From the NCBI RefSeq assembly GCF_009914755.1, contig NC_060928.1: a DNA stretch of 64,000 nucleotides. One strand, given 5' to 3'. Both the position numbers and the translations under genes were made by a program. Source of the stretch: the human T2T-CHM13v2.0 reference genome, Homo sapiens. Below the pieces are notes generated by a model, which did not search any database, was not told the DNA's origin, and saw nothing but the letters and a program-made list of their open reading frames with translations. Below, in pieces: positions 12,875-27,638 of this stretch (its first letter is position 1; each line of letters begins with the position of its first letter).

Positions 12875-13725
<851 letters not shown>

Positions 13726-14447
13726 ATTAAGTAATTTCTATGAACCCACTGCTAGACTGTAAACTCCTGGAGTCCCCGATTGCTTATTACTGCTTTTTGA
13801 ATCCTTTATACATGGTATGTTAAATAAATGTTGGTTAATTTAGTTAATGAAGACAGTTTGTTAAATTAATGAAAGAATATTAATTGAGCTACTCTCTTAT
13901 TTCCAGATTCTTACTGTTGGGCTTTCAAAAAATAAACCCATAGCCACCAACAGAGACAACTGACTTTCCAGTTATATTTAAAATAATAAGAGAATTGAGC
14001 TGCTACATTTTGAGTAATAGTATAAATATGAGAATTACTTATAAGAGCAAAGAAAACAAAATGAACCTTGATAGTCTTAATCACAACTGCCATTGTCATA
14101 GACTGCTGGAATTGTTCCTCTCCAGCAGGCCCTGAGTCTGGGTGCCAAGTGGTTACTGTGAATTATTTGAGTGATTATAGTATTTGAAGTGTGGAGAGGT
14201 TGTTAAAAGAGGATTAAAAAAATCACTCTAGGAAGCACTAATTTAAAGTATGCTGTCTTCCAAAAATTCCAAAAGAAATATTCTTTTTAACACAGTTTGG
14301 TATAATGCTTGCTGGAGTGAACAGTACTATAGTTGCTTAGTATATTGGAGGGTCTAAGAGTTCTCCAGTGACATTAATAGTCCATAGCTTGCAGTGTAAT
14401 TTTGTTGGAAGACTCAGGACAATAATTGCTTTTTAAATAAAATAAAT

Positions 14448-14722
14448 ATTTTATTTATTTATTTTTTGAGACAGAGTTGGCTCTGTCGCCCAGGCGGGAG
14501 TGCAGTGACACAATCTCGTCTTACTACAACCTGTGCCTCCTGAGTTCAAGTGATTCTCCTGCCTCAGCTTCCTGAGTAGCTGGGATTACAGGTGCACGCC
14601 ACCCTGTACCCGGCTAATTTTTGTATTTTTAGTAGAGATGCGGTATCACCATGTTGGCCAGGCTGGTCTCAAACTCCTGACCTCAAGTTACCTGCCCGCC
14701 TTAGCCTACCAAAGTGCTGGCA
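14448..14722 (-). mobile_element. Alu, 5'-truncated
   Basis: Antisense Alu ending at caaagtgctgg. Confidence 0.9.
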
Positions 14723-15151
14723 TACTATTATCTTTAAATATGTTATTTGTTTTGAGCTGCAAATCCCTAAGCTTCATCTACATAGTCAGCCATTGTGACA
14801 TGTGGCCTTCAACAAGTTGGTATTTAAATTTAACCAGAGGAAGCCCAGGTGCACCAGGAAAAGCGTGGAAGTTGTCTGTTGGCCCACACTGCCGGGCCCT
14901 GCATTGCCTTGTAAATGGCTCTTGCTTACTTATTTTCAGTAATTGTCTGTAGGAAAATGAGATTATCACTTTAGAGGGGCATGGCCAGCTTCTTCTTGCC
15001 GATGCAGGAGTTACTAAATTAGCAGGAAACAGTGTTAGCCCTAATACACTGTGAATTCCTTATGATAGGGCTTGAGTCTGTATGTATGCCCTGGTTCCTA
15101 TGAACTTGATTGAAATTGGTTAAACTGATCTTGTGTTAGAATTTTGGACTT

Positions 15152-15472
<321 letters not shown>

Positions 15473-15527
15473 CTAAACTCCTGTTACTGAAAAAGTTACC
15501 ACAGAATAATGTAGAAGAGGAAAGGGA

Positions 15528-15825
15528 TTTTTTTTTTTTGACAAGAGTTTTATTCTTGTTGCCCAGGCTGGGGTGCAGTGGTGTGATTTCGGCTCACTAC
15601 AGCCTCCGCCTCCTGGGTTCAAGGTTCAAGCAATTCTGCCTCAGCCTCCCGAGTAGCTGGGATTATAGGCTCTCGCCACCACGCCCAGCTAGTTTTTGTA
15701 TTTTTAATAGAGATGGGGTTTCACCATGTTGGCCAGGCTAGTCTCGAACTTCTGACCTCAGGTGATCTGCCCATCTCAGCCTCCCAAAATGCTGGGATTA
15801 CAGGCATGAGCCACCACGCCCGGCT
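15528..15825 (-). mobile_element. Alu (AluS-like)
   Basis: Antisense Alu; TSD gaggaaagggatttt. Confidence 0.95.
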
Positions 15826-15959
15826 GAGGAAAGGGATTTTTAAAGGCACAGTGTGTATGTAAGTTGTGAGATACAAATGATTTATCAAAATATAGGTTCA
15901 CAATGTTTTCAATGTCTTCAGTGATTTTTTCCAATTATTTTATCTTTATTAGATTAAAA

Positions 15960-17075
15960 AAATTCCTCAGCATAAAATTATTCATTTTAACCATTTTGAA
16001 GACTACACCTTAGTAGTTTTTAGTATATTCATTGTTATGAAACCATAAACACTGTATAATTCCTGAACATTTTAATCACCCCCAAAACAAACGACCCCTT
16101 ACCTATTAAGAACTCACTTCTCATTCATCTCCCGTCTCTACAGCTTTTTGCAAAAACTGATCTACTTTGTGTCTCTGAATTTGCCTATTCTGGACATTTT
16201 ATATAAATGGAATAGTAAAATTTGTATCCCTTTGTATCTGGCTTCTTTTTTTCTTAGTGTAATGCATTCAGGGTTCATTTTGTAGCATTTATTGTACTAC
16301 TGCATCATTTTCATGACTTAATAATATTCGATTGTGTAGATATACCATATTTTGTACTTTCATTAGCTGATGTGCATTTGGGTCATTTCCACTCTTTGGC
16401 TGTTATGAATGATGCTGCTATGAATATCCCTGTACAATTTTTGTATGAATGTGTGTCTTCAGTTCTCTTCAGTATATACATGTCTAAAAGTGGAGTTGCT
16501 GGGTCATATGGCAGTTCTATGTTTAACTTTTTGAGGGGACTGCTAGACTGTTTACCACCATTTTACATTCCCACCAGCAGGGTATGAGTGTGCAAATTCC
16601 TCCACATCCTCACCAACACTTCTCTCTCTTTCTCTCCTTCTCTCCTCTTTCTGTCTCTCTCTTCTCTTTCCTTCTCTTCTCTTCTCTCTTTTCTTTTTTT
16701 CTTTTCTTTCTTCTTTTGAGACGGAGCCGGTCTCTCTTGCCCAGGCTGGAGTGCAGTGGTGATCTCGGCTCACTGCGGCTTCCACCTCCACCTCCAGGGT
16801 TCAACAGATCCTCCCACCTCAGCCTCCTGAGTAGCTGGGATTATAGGCACAAGCCACCATGCCTGGGCAATTTTTGTATTTTTAGTAGAGACGGGGTTGG
16901 GCCGGTCTCGAACTTTTGACCTCAAGTGATCTGCCTACCTTGGCCTTCCAAAGTGCTAGGATTACAGATGTGAGCCACCACAACTGGCCTCACTTCTTTC
17001 TTTTTTTTAAAAAGTTATTTTAGTGGGTGTGAGGTAGGATCTTACTGTGGTGTTGATTTGTATTTCCCTCTTCGT
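15960..17075 (-). mobile_element. Old L1M 3' fragment interrupted by a CT-rich tract and an Alu (~16620-16990)
   Basis: tttgcctattctggacatttt..atataaatggaat; accattttacattcccaccagca; resumes after the Alu (gtgggtgtgaggtagg..gatttgtatttccct). Confidence 0.75.
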
Positions 17076-17754
17076 AGTGTTTTGATGGCCTTAGTTGGGC
17101 CCAAGCCTCCCCTTATTCTAGCCTTTTATAGCTGTTGCTATTCTGCCCCCTTTTTGTTTGTGTACTCTCACTCTTACTTGATCAATAAAAAGTTAGGTAA
17201 GAGAAGTTAGAGGGTTTTTTTAGTCTCACATTGCTCTTCCCTTTTCTCCCTATCTGATTGCTTTGAGTGATTATTTAATACTGACATTGTAGATATGCAT
17301 TAATTAACAGTTTTTATTGTATCAACCAGCCAGGTACCCTGGACTCTGGGAGATAAAGATGGATAAGATTTGGTCCCAGCTCAGCTTGCCTACAATCTAG
17401 TGTGCATAATCATCATTTAAAAAGTGAAAGAAAATTTTGAGTATTATCTGTTAAATTTTCTCTATATTCCTATATTTCAGTTTAAGGGTACCTTCTTCCT
17501 AAACACTCAGAGGGAAGACAGTTGAAAGGAATTAAAAGCAGAATATATTGGCAAAGTATATATTAATTTTTTTCTTTATTTCAAATGTGATGTATTTTAT
17601 GAGGCATTTGTGTGAGTCACGTAATGAATCATATGTGCAATGTATATACATCAGCTTATTCAAAATGATTTGACATGTAAAGGCTTTTCCTTTTAGCTCG
17701 TTATATATGTGAAGAATTAAATTTATTTTTGTTCATTGTTTTTTTAAAAAATGG

Positions 17755-18590
<836 letters not shown>

Positions 18591-18679
18591 TTTAAAAGAC
18601 CTCTTAAAAGTCACACAAAACGAAGTGATTTTCTTTGGTGGAAGCATAACCATGTTTGTTGTTTATATGAAAATTCTGC

Positions 18680-18845
18680 TTTGTAGGCCTCATTTTAGCC
18701 CTCCAGCTAAGAATGGGTTTTAAATCATGAAAAGCTGTAAACAAACAAACAAAAATAAAGAAGAATATGTGACAGAGACTAAATGTGGTTCACAAAGCCT
18801 GGAATGTTTACTTTGGCCCTTTACAGAAAGAGTTTGCCATTGTCT
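18680..18845. mobile_element. MER58-like hAT MITE fragment
   Basis: cacaaagcct..tttactttggccctttacagaaagagtttgcc. Confidence 0.6.
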
Positions 18846-18945
18846 TTAAAAATTTTATAGCAATATTTTTAAATGTTTCTATAAATATTAACCTTTTATG
18901 ATAAAATGGCACATTTATTAGTGATCATTGCACATTCTTTTATGC

Positions 18946-19293
18946 CAGCAGTCCCCAACCTTTCAGGTACCAGGGACTGGTTTTGTGGAAGACAATTTTT
19001 CCACAGAATGGGATTGGAGGAGTTGCGAGGGATGGTTTCAGGCTGAAACTGTTGGATCTCAGATCATCAGGGATTAGTTAGATTCTCATAGGAGCGCACA
19101 GCCTGGATCCCTCACATGTGCAGTTCATTATAGGGTTCGCTCTCCTATGAGAATCTAATGCCACCACTGATCTGACAGGAGGCGGAGCTCAGGCGGTCAT
19201 GCTTGCTCGCACCACACACCTCCTTCTGTGCGGCCCAGTTCCTAACAGGCCATTGACCGGTACCAGTCTGTGGCTAGGGGTTGGGAACCCCTG
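18946..19293. mobile_element. MER1B-like hAT-Charlie MITE
   Basis: TIRs cagcagtccccaacc / ggttgggaacccctg; ~350 bp; degenerate 8-bp TSD ttttatgc/atttattc. Confidence 0.85.
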
Positions 19294-20497
19294 ATTTATT
19301 CCACAAGGGATTTGGACTCTAGGTACTGTGTGGGACAAAGGTGAGTCAGACATGGGTGCTGAATTTGAGGAGCTGTCTTGTATCTCATGTTACTTTTTTT
19401 TTTGTTTTTAAAACAAGGAAATGCAGCATGTTACTTAGTTTCCCAAACTGGTTCTTTGAATTAGCTGGACCTAATGGTAGTGGAAATAGGTCTGTTACTC
19501 TTAAGGTAAGAATGATTTCATGGGTCCCTGTTCAAATGTAGCAGCCTGTGGATTCTGTATACCTCATGATTATTTTGATGGAAAATCAAGAGACATCTCT
19601 GGGCACCTGGCTTTGCCATGGCAGGGCCTAAAGTAGAGATTGCTTTTGTGGTGTAGAGACAGCTCAACCCCAGTCACTCAATAAAGTTACCAGATACCAG
19701 GCGCTGCTATATAATTCTTAAGAAGAGTTGTACATAGGACATGAGAAAAACAGGCAAAATGAATTTTTGGAAGTACCATAGTTGTTTGTTTATACTTGAC
19801 TGTTGGAAGTATATAGTATTATGCTTTGGTAGTTAGAAATACTGACTTTCTTGTGGCATATTGATAATATTTATAAAATTACTAGGTGATGATCAAGCAA
19901 AAAATTATTCCATATATTATCCTTGTGATGCCTGTCACTTTGAAGCATGTCCCAAAGACTGCTCTGTAGAGCTATTTTTTTTTTTTTTTTTTGCTTTGTC
20001 AGTAATTTTTCCTATACTTTTTGCCCTGATGTCAGTAAACAAATCATGGTTCCAAAATGGAGCCAGCTCAGAAGTGAGGTAGTCATGCACTAACAGAGTT
20101 ATGTATTGGGAGCTGTTTTTTCACTCCTGTAGCTCATGAGGAATTACAATAGTTCCAATAGAGCATTTGAATAAAGGTGTACATTTAATGTACTTTGGTT
20201 TCACTAGGAGTGGAGGTAGGAAATTTAATTTTAAAGAAGCATAGACATTGTGTTATGACAATAATCACTTTTAACTAAGTAAGTGTCCCTGGTATTTTTG
20301 TGAAAATGAGTATGTCAACATTTGGAAGGCAAAGAGGCTTTCCTTTGGTGTGAACTTTGCTCCTGCTGCATGTGCAGTGTTGTTTTCTGGTGTGGCCTGG
20401 GTTGTGTTGGTCACCAGTTCTGAATGTGAACAACAGAGGTAAACGTTGAATTATAGAGATTGGTGCTACAAACCCCTGATTAAAATCCTGATTTACA

Positions 20498-20803
<306 letters not shown>

Positions 20804-21234
20804 TTACTAATGGACTGTAGAATACGTTGCATACTTTATTGACAGTTGTGCATTTTATAATTGCATAATTGGTATGAAGTGGCAGTGATATTCAGTTAAG
20901 TTTAAAATGTGGTAGACAACTTTGCACAAGATTTGAGGAGCATGTAGTTTCATTTAGTGTGAAACTTGAATCTACTCTGCAGTTTTCCTTAGCATTATGG
21001 TTTTTAATAGAGATACATTAGAATTCCAGTCTTTTTTTTTCTTTGAAACTGTGACAGTGAATGAATGTGTGGAATCTGCTTTGTACATAGTATCACTGGG
21101 TTATCAGCTTTGTTGACTTACTGGTCTAGGTGTAATTTTGGGCTGGTTGGTAATTCTGTCCATACCATATGTTCTTTTCTTATCTGCTGCTTATCAGTGT
21201 TTGAGTTTGATAAAAACAGATCATTTACTTTCTG

Positions 21235-21537
21235 TTTTGTTTTTTTTTTTTTGATACCGGGTCTCACTCTGTTGCCCAGGCTGGAGTGCAGTGGCGTGAT
21301 CATGGCTCGTTGCAGCCTCAATCTCCCTGGGCTCAGGTGATCCTCCCACCTCAGCCTCTGGAGTAGCTGGGACTACAGGGGTGCGGCACAACACCTGGCT
21401 AAGTTTTTTTGTACTTTTTGTAGAGTCAGGGTTTCGCCATGTTGCCCAGGCTGGTCTCCAACTCCTGGCCTCAAGCATTTCTCCCATCGTGGCCTCCCAA
21501 AGTGCTGGGATTACAGGCGTGAGCCACCACGCCCAGC
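21235..21537 (-). mobile_element. Alu (AluJ-like)
   Basis: gtgatcatggctc, ctgggctcagg; TSD agatcatttacttt. Confidence 0.92.
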
Positions 21538-22064
21538 CAGATCATTTACTTTTTTCCTTCTTTGTCTCCCTTCCCCTTTTCTGCTAAATGACATAGCTAA
21601 TGATATTTCTCATAGGACAGCATGACTAGAAACCAGTATTTAACTTGGCAGAATGTTTAACATAACATCAGTGCCCTGGTTTGCTATTGTAGATTGAAAG
21701 ACTACAAAACTAACTTGATTGTCTAACTCTACTTTCAGTCCTTCATTTACCCCTGAAGGTATGCCTGTAGAACGTATGTAGATGCATTCTTGAGAGATTT
21801 CCTAGTGTCTCATGTGTAAGGAGCTTGTGTGTGTCTGCATCACTAATGTTTTCATAAAATTGATTCTAAGTTATTTGAGAATAGAGACCTGCTTTGTGTG
21901 TGCCCCTTCATGCTCTGTGCTTAGATTGCCTGTCCCCACAGGGACACTTAACACGGCGGAGGCCTGTACCCATAGAAATGAAATGTATGCATTTGAAGGA
22001 CCTTTTCCTTCTTCCAGTAACCTCCATAATTTGTCCCCAGCTTACTTTACTGACTTCACCACCT

Positions 22065-22430
22065 AGTCATTCACTCAGTCACTCATTCATTCATTCAATC
22101 AAACTATTCGTCACACATTTATTGGAAACACTATATGCCTAGCACATACATTTCGGGGACACGGTGTTGAATGAAATAGGTGAGATCTCTGTTTTCATGG
22201 ATTTTATATTCTACTTTGGGGAAGGCAAACAGATTCTAAAGATAGTAGTGAATTTGCTTTGATTAAAATAAACAAGATGAAGTGATAATAGTGTCGGTGG
22301 GAGCTGCTTTGGGTTAGGTGATCAGGAAAGGCCTTTCTGAGGAGCTGGCATTTAGCTGAGCTATGAGGATAAGAAGGAGCCATTCATGTGAAGATCTGGG
22401 GGGAAGAGTGGTCTAGGCAGAAGAAAAGAC
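22065..22430 (-). mobile_element. L2 3' fragment
   Basis: (cattcatt)n tail, acatttattgg, ggtgatcaggaaaggcctttctgagg. Confidence 0.7.
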
Positions 22431-22449
22431 TAAACAGAAGTACTAGCCC

Positions 22450-22856
<407 letters not shown>

Positions 22857-22919
22857 TTAGGTTGGTGCAAAAGTAATTGCTTTCAATGCAAAAACCACAA
22901 TTACTTTTGCACCAACCTA
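22857..22919. mobile_element. MADE1 (Hsmar1 mariner MITE), internally deleted
   Basis: TTAGGTTGGTGCAAAAGTAATTGC...CAATTACTTTTGCACCAACCTA flanked by TA. Confidence 0.93.
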
Positions 22920-23019
22920 TAGAAAGGGGTCCTATCATGTATGCCTTGTAGACCATCAAGATTTTAAGGTTGTTTGGGAGCTATTGGAGAGTTTTCAATT
23001 GAACTGAGGTAAGGTGGGG

Positions 23020-23021
<2 letters not shown>

Positions 23022-23061
<40 letters not shown>

Positions 23062-23089
23062 CGTGCGCGCGCACATGCACGTGCATGCA
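23022..23089. repeat. (TG)n(CG)n alternating purine-pyrimidine tract
   Basis: 68 nt of uninterrupted alternation. Confidence 0.95.
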
Positions 23090-23104
23090 AGATGATCTTA
23101 CTCA

Positions 23105-23236
23105 TTTTTGTTTGTTGGTAGAGACAGAGCCTCAGTATGTTGCCAGGCTGGTCTCAAACTCCTGGCTTCAAGCAGTCCTCCCTCTGCAGCCTCCCAAAGT
23201 GCTGAAATTTACAGGTGTGAGCCACTGTGCCTGGCC
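23105..23236 (-). mobile_element. Alu monomer (FLAM-like)
   Basis: Left arm only. Confidence 0.8.
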
Positions 23237-23587
23237 TTTCTTTTTTTCTTTTTAAAGATCTTATTTTAAAAAAGAGATCACTACTCTATGGAGAAGGAAT
23301 TACAGATTTTTTTTTTTTTTTTAGTGAGATAATCTGGATGAGAAACAATCAGAGCTTGCACTAGAATGATGGCTTTGGCAGTGGGAAGCAGTGAGTGGAT
23401 TTGCTTTTACCTAAAAAACCTATGTTTTTTTGGTAAAAATGAAAGAACTTGCTCATGATGTGGGTACATGAGGCTTGAGGAAAAGAGAGAATAAAAGAGT
23501 TACCATTAGGGAAAGACCGAGGGAGAATGTGGTTGGTTGGTATCCATTTGGATTGCTAATCCAAAGTTCTGTTTCCGATGTATAGGT

Positions 23588-23943
23588 GTGATAGAGTTTG
23601 AATATGTGTCCCCACTATTGTAATTTGTAATTCCTAGTTGGAGGTAGGGCCTGGTAGGAGGTCGGGTAGTGGGTGAGTTCTTGCAGTATCTGGTTGTTTA
23701 AGTGTACGGCACCACCTCCTCCCCCCGCCATCCTCTCTCTTGTTCCTGCTCTGGCCATATGATGTGCCTGCTCCTCTTTTGCCTTCTACCTTAATTGTAA
23801 GCTTCCTGAAGCTCTTCCCAGGAGCTGAGCAGGTGACTGGGGCCATGCTTTCTGTGTAGCCTGCAGAAGTCATAGGTCCAATTAAACCTCTTTTCCTTAT
23901 AAATTACCCCATTTCAGGTGCTTATAGCAATGCAAGAAATACA
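23588..23943 (+). mobile_element. MST-family MaLR solo LTR
   Basis: tgatagagtttgaatatgtgtccc...aattaaacctcttttccttataaattacccc..aataca. Confidence 0.8.
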
Positions 23944-24207
23944 AGGTGTGAGACCCCTATGAAGACATACAAATAGAGAAATCTAGTAGACACCCAGATA
24001 TAGAATCTTTTGTTCAGGAGACAGCTCAGAGCTAGAGATACTAAATTTGGTTTATACATAGGTAGTATTTGAAGTTGTGGGATGGGATGAGATTACTGGA
24101 AGAGAGGAAAAGGAGAGGTTCCAAGATTGAGCCTTGAGACATGGCAATATTTTTTGTGAAACCTTGTTTCAGCTAAGATGGTTTATTTGTTTTCACTGGA
24201 ACATACC

Positions 24208-25755
24208 TTTTTTTTTTTTCTTCCAACGTTTATTTCAGGTTCACAGAGTACACACGTGGATTTGTTAATGTGGGTAGATAGTGTGTTGCGGGGGTTTGGT
24301 GTACAAATTATTTCATCACCCAGGTAATAAACATAGTACCCCGTAGGTTGTTTGTTTGTTTGTTTTTGTTTATTTATTTTTGAGCCAGTCTCATTCTATC
24401 GCCTAGGCTAGAGTGCAGTGGCAAGATCTGTGCTCACTGCAACCTCTGCCTCCCGGGTTCAAGCGATTGTCATGCCTCAGCCTCCTAAGTAGCTGGGAAT
24501 AGAGGCGTGCACCACCACACCCAGCTAATCCCCATAGGTAGTTTTTTGATCTTCACCCTCCTCCCACCTTCCACTCTCAAATAGGCTGTGATGTCTGTTG
24601 TTCCCTTTTAGCTTCCATGTGTACTCAGTGTTTAGTTCCCACTTATAAGTGAGAACATGCGGTATTTGGTTTTCTATTCCTGTGTTAATTTGCTTAGGAT
24701 AATGGCCTACAGTTCCATCCATGTTGTTGCAGAGATCATGATTTCATTCTTTTTTGTGGTGCATAGTGTTCCATGGTGTATATGTACCACATTTTCTTTA
24801 TCCAGTCTACCCTTGATGGGCCTTTAGGTTGATTCTATGTCTTTGCTATTGTGATTAGTGCTGCAGTGAACATAAATGTGCATGTGTCTTTGTGGCAGAA
24901 TGATTTGTATTCCTGTGGGTATATACCCAGTAAAGGGATTGCTCGGTTGGATGGCAGTTCTGTTTTAAGTTCTTTGAGAAATCTCCAAACTGCTTTCCAC
25001 AGTGGCTGAACTAGTTTACATTCCTACCAGCAGTGTTTAAGCATTCCCTTTCCTCTGTAACCTGGACAGCATCTTTTGACTTTTATCTAATAGCCATTTT
25101 GACTGGTGTGAGATGGTATCTCATTGTGGTTTTGATTTGCATTTCTCTAATGATCAGTGATGTTGAGAATTTTTTCATATGCCTTCTTTTGAGAAATGTC
25201 TGTTCGTGTCCGTTGCTCATTTTTTATGGGGTTGTTTGTTTTTTGCTTGTTGGTTTGTTTATGTTCCTTATAGATTCTGGATTTCAGACCTTTGTCAGAT
25301 GCATAGTTTGCATATATTTTCTCCAATTCTGTAGGTTACTCTGTTGATAGTTTCTTTTGCTGTGCAGAAGCTCTTTAGTTTAATTAGGTCCCATTTGTTG
25401 GTTTTCTTTTTTGTTGCAGTTGCTTTTGGCCTCTTTGTCATGAAATCTTTGCCAGGGCCTACGTCCAGAATGGTATTTCCTAGGTTTTCTTCTAGGGTTT
25501 TTATAGTTTTAGGTTTTACACTTAAGTCTTTAATCCAGCTCTAGTTGACTTTTGTATATGGTGTAGGAAGGGGTCCAGTTTCAGTCTTCTGCATATGACT
25601 GGCCAGTTATCCCAGCACCTTTTATTGAATAGGAAGTACTCTCCCCATTGCTCATTTTTGTCAACTTTGTCAAAGACCAGATGGTGGTAAGTGTGTGACT
25701 TTATTTCTGGTTTTTCTAACATGTTCCATTGGTGTGTGTGTCTGTTTTTGCACCA
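24208..25755 (-). mobile_element. L1 (old L1PA/PB) 3' ~1.4 kb, interrupted by an Alu right arm (24345-24530)
   Basis: L1 3'UTR and ORF2 C-terminal region (cccacttataagtgagaacatgc; ttttgctgtgcagaagctctttagtttaattag). Confidence 0.9.
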
Positions 25756-26749
25756 TTCACTGGAACATATCTTATACTTTTCACCACTGTGCTAAAGATG
25801 ATGATGATGACAAGTACCATAAGTTATGTGAAGAGCCCTTCACATATTTATCTCAAGCTTCATGAGGGCAGGTATTGTGTCTGTCTTGTTCACTACTGTA
25901 TTCCAATGCTCAGCTTTGTGCAAGCTCTTAGTAACTATTGAATAAAAGAAACTTTGATAGGTACCATTATTATTTCCATTTTAGGAAACTGAGACTGAAG
26001 AGGTTTAAGTGACTTGTCTAAGGGCACAAAGCTGTTAAGTGGTGGCAGAACTCAAGCGTGTCTGTCTGACTTCCAAGCTGTACATCTAACAAGATACTGC
26101 CTTCGATTCCTGCTAGGAAAGGCCTTTGGCCGCCTCCCTGGCTTTGGAAGATAGAGCCTCCTTCAGGATTTAGCTGAAGTTTCATCACTTAAAGTTTGCC
26201 TTAACAACTTAGCCACACATAATCTTCCAGTGCTTAATTCTTATGCTACCTGTTTTTAGCATCTGTATTAAAACTACATGTGTACTGTATTTTGACTCCT
26301 TGAATTAAACTATTACTTTTTCAGAATTTATTATTTTCTCAAATTAGGTTATAGGCTCTGTTTAGTTAAATCATGCACAATATTATTTATTTATCCTGCC
26401 TTGCAAGATACCCAGTACAATGTCTTGTGGATATTAGTTGCTCAAATAAATCCTAATTTGATTCTGTCATTTCTGCCTTGTTCCAGTGTTTTCAGTTCTT
26501 TTAGAGGCTGAGATCTATATGCTATAAATCCTCTTCATTCCTGTCCTGTCTCTGGTTCTAAAAACGGTTCAGTGTTGTCCCACAGCTTCTCCCAATCTAG
26601 GCTTCTGTGGAACCATCTCCTTTTCAAATGTGCCACTTACACCACCTACACTTCTGCATATCCCCTCCCTTTTCGAGACAAGTTGAACTGATCATGAAGG
26701 ATAGAGAATTTTCAAAGTGATAAAGTGGAGTTCCAGCTCTTCCACATTC

Positions 26750-27638
<889 letters not shown>

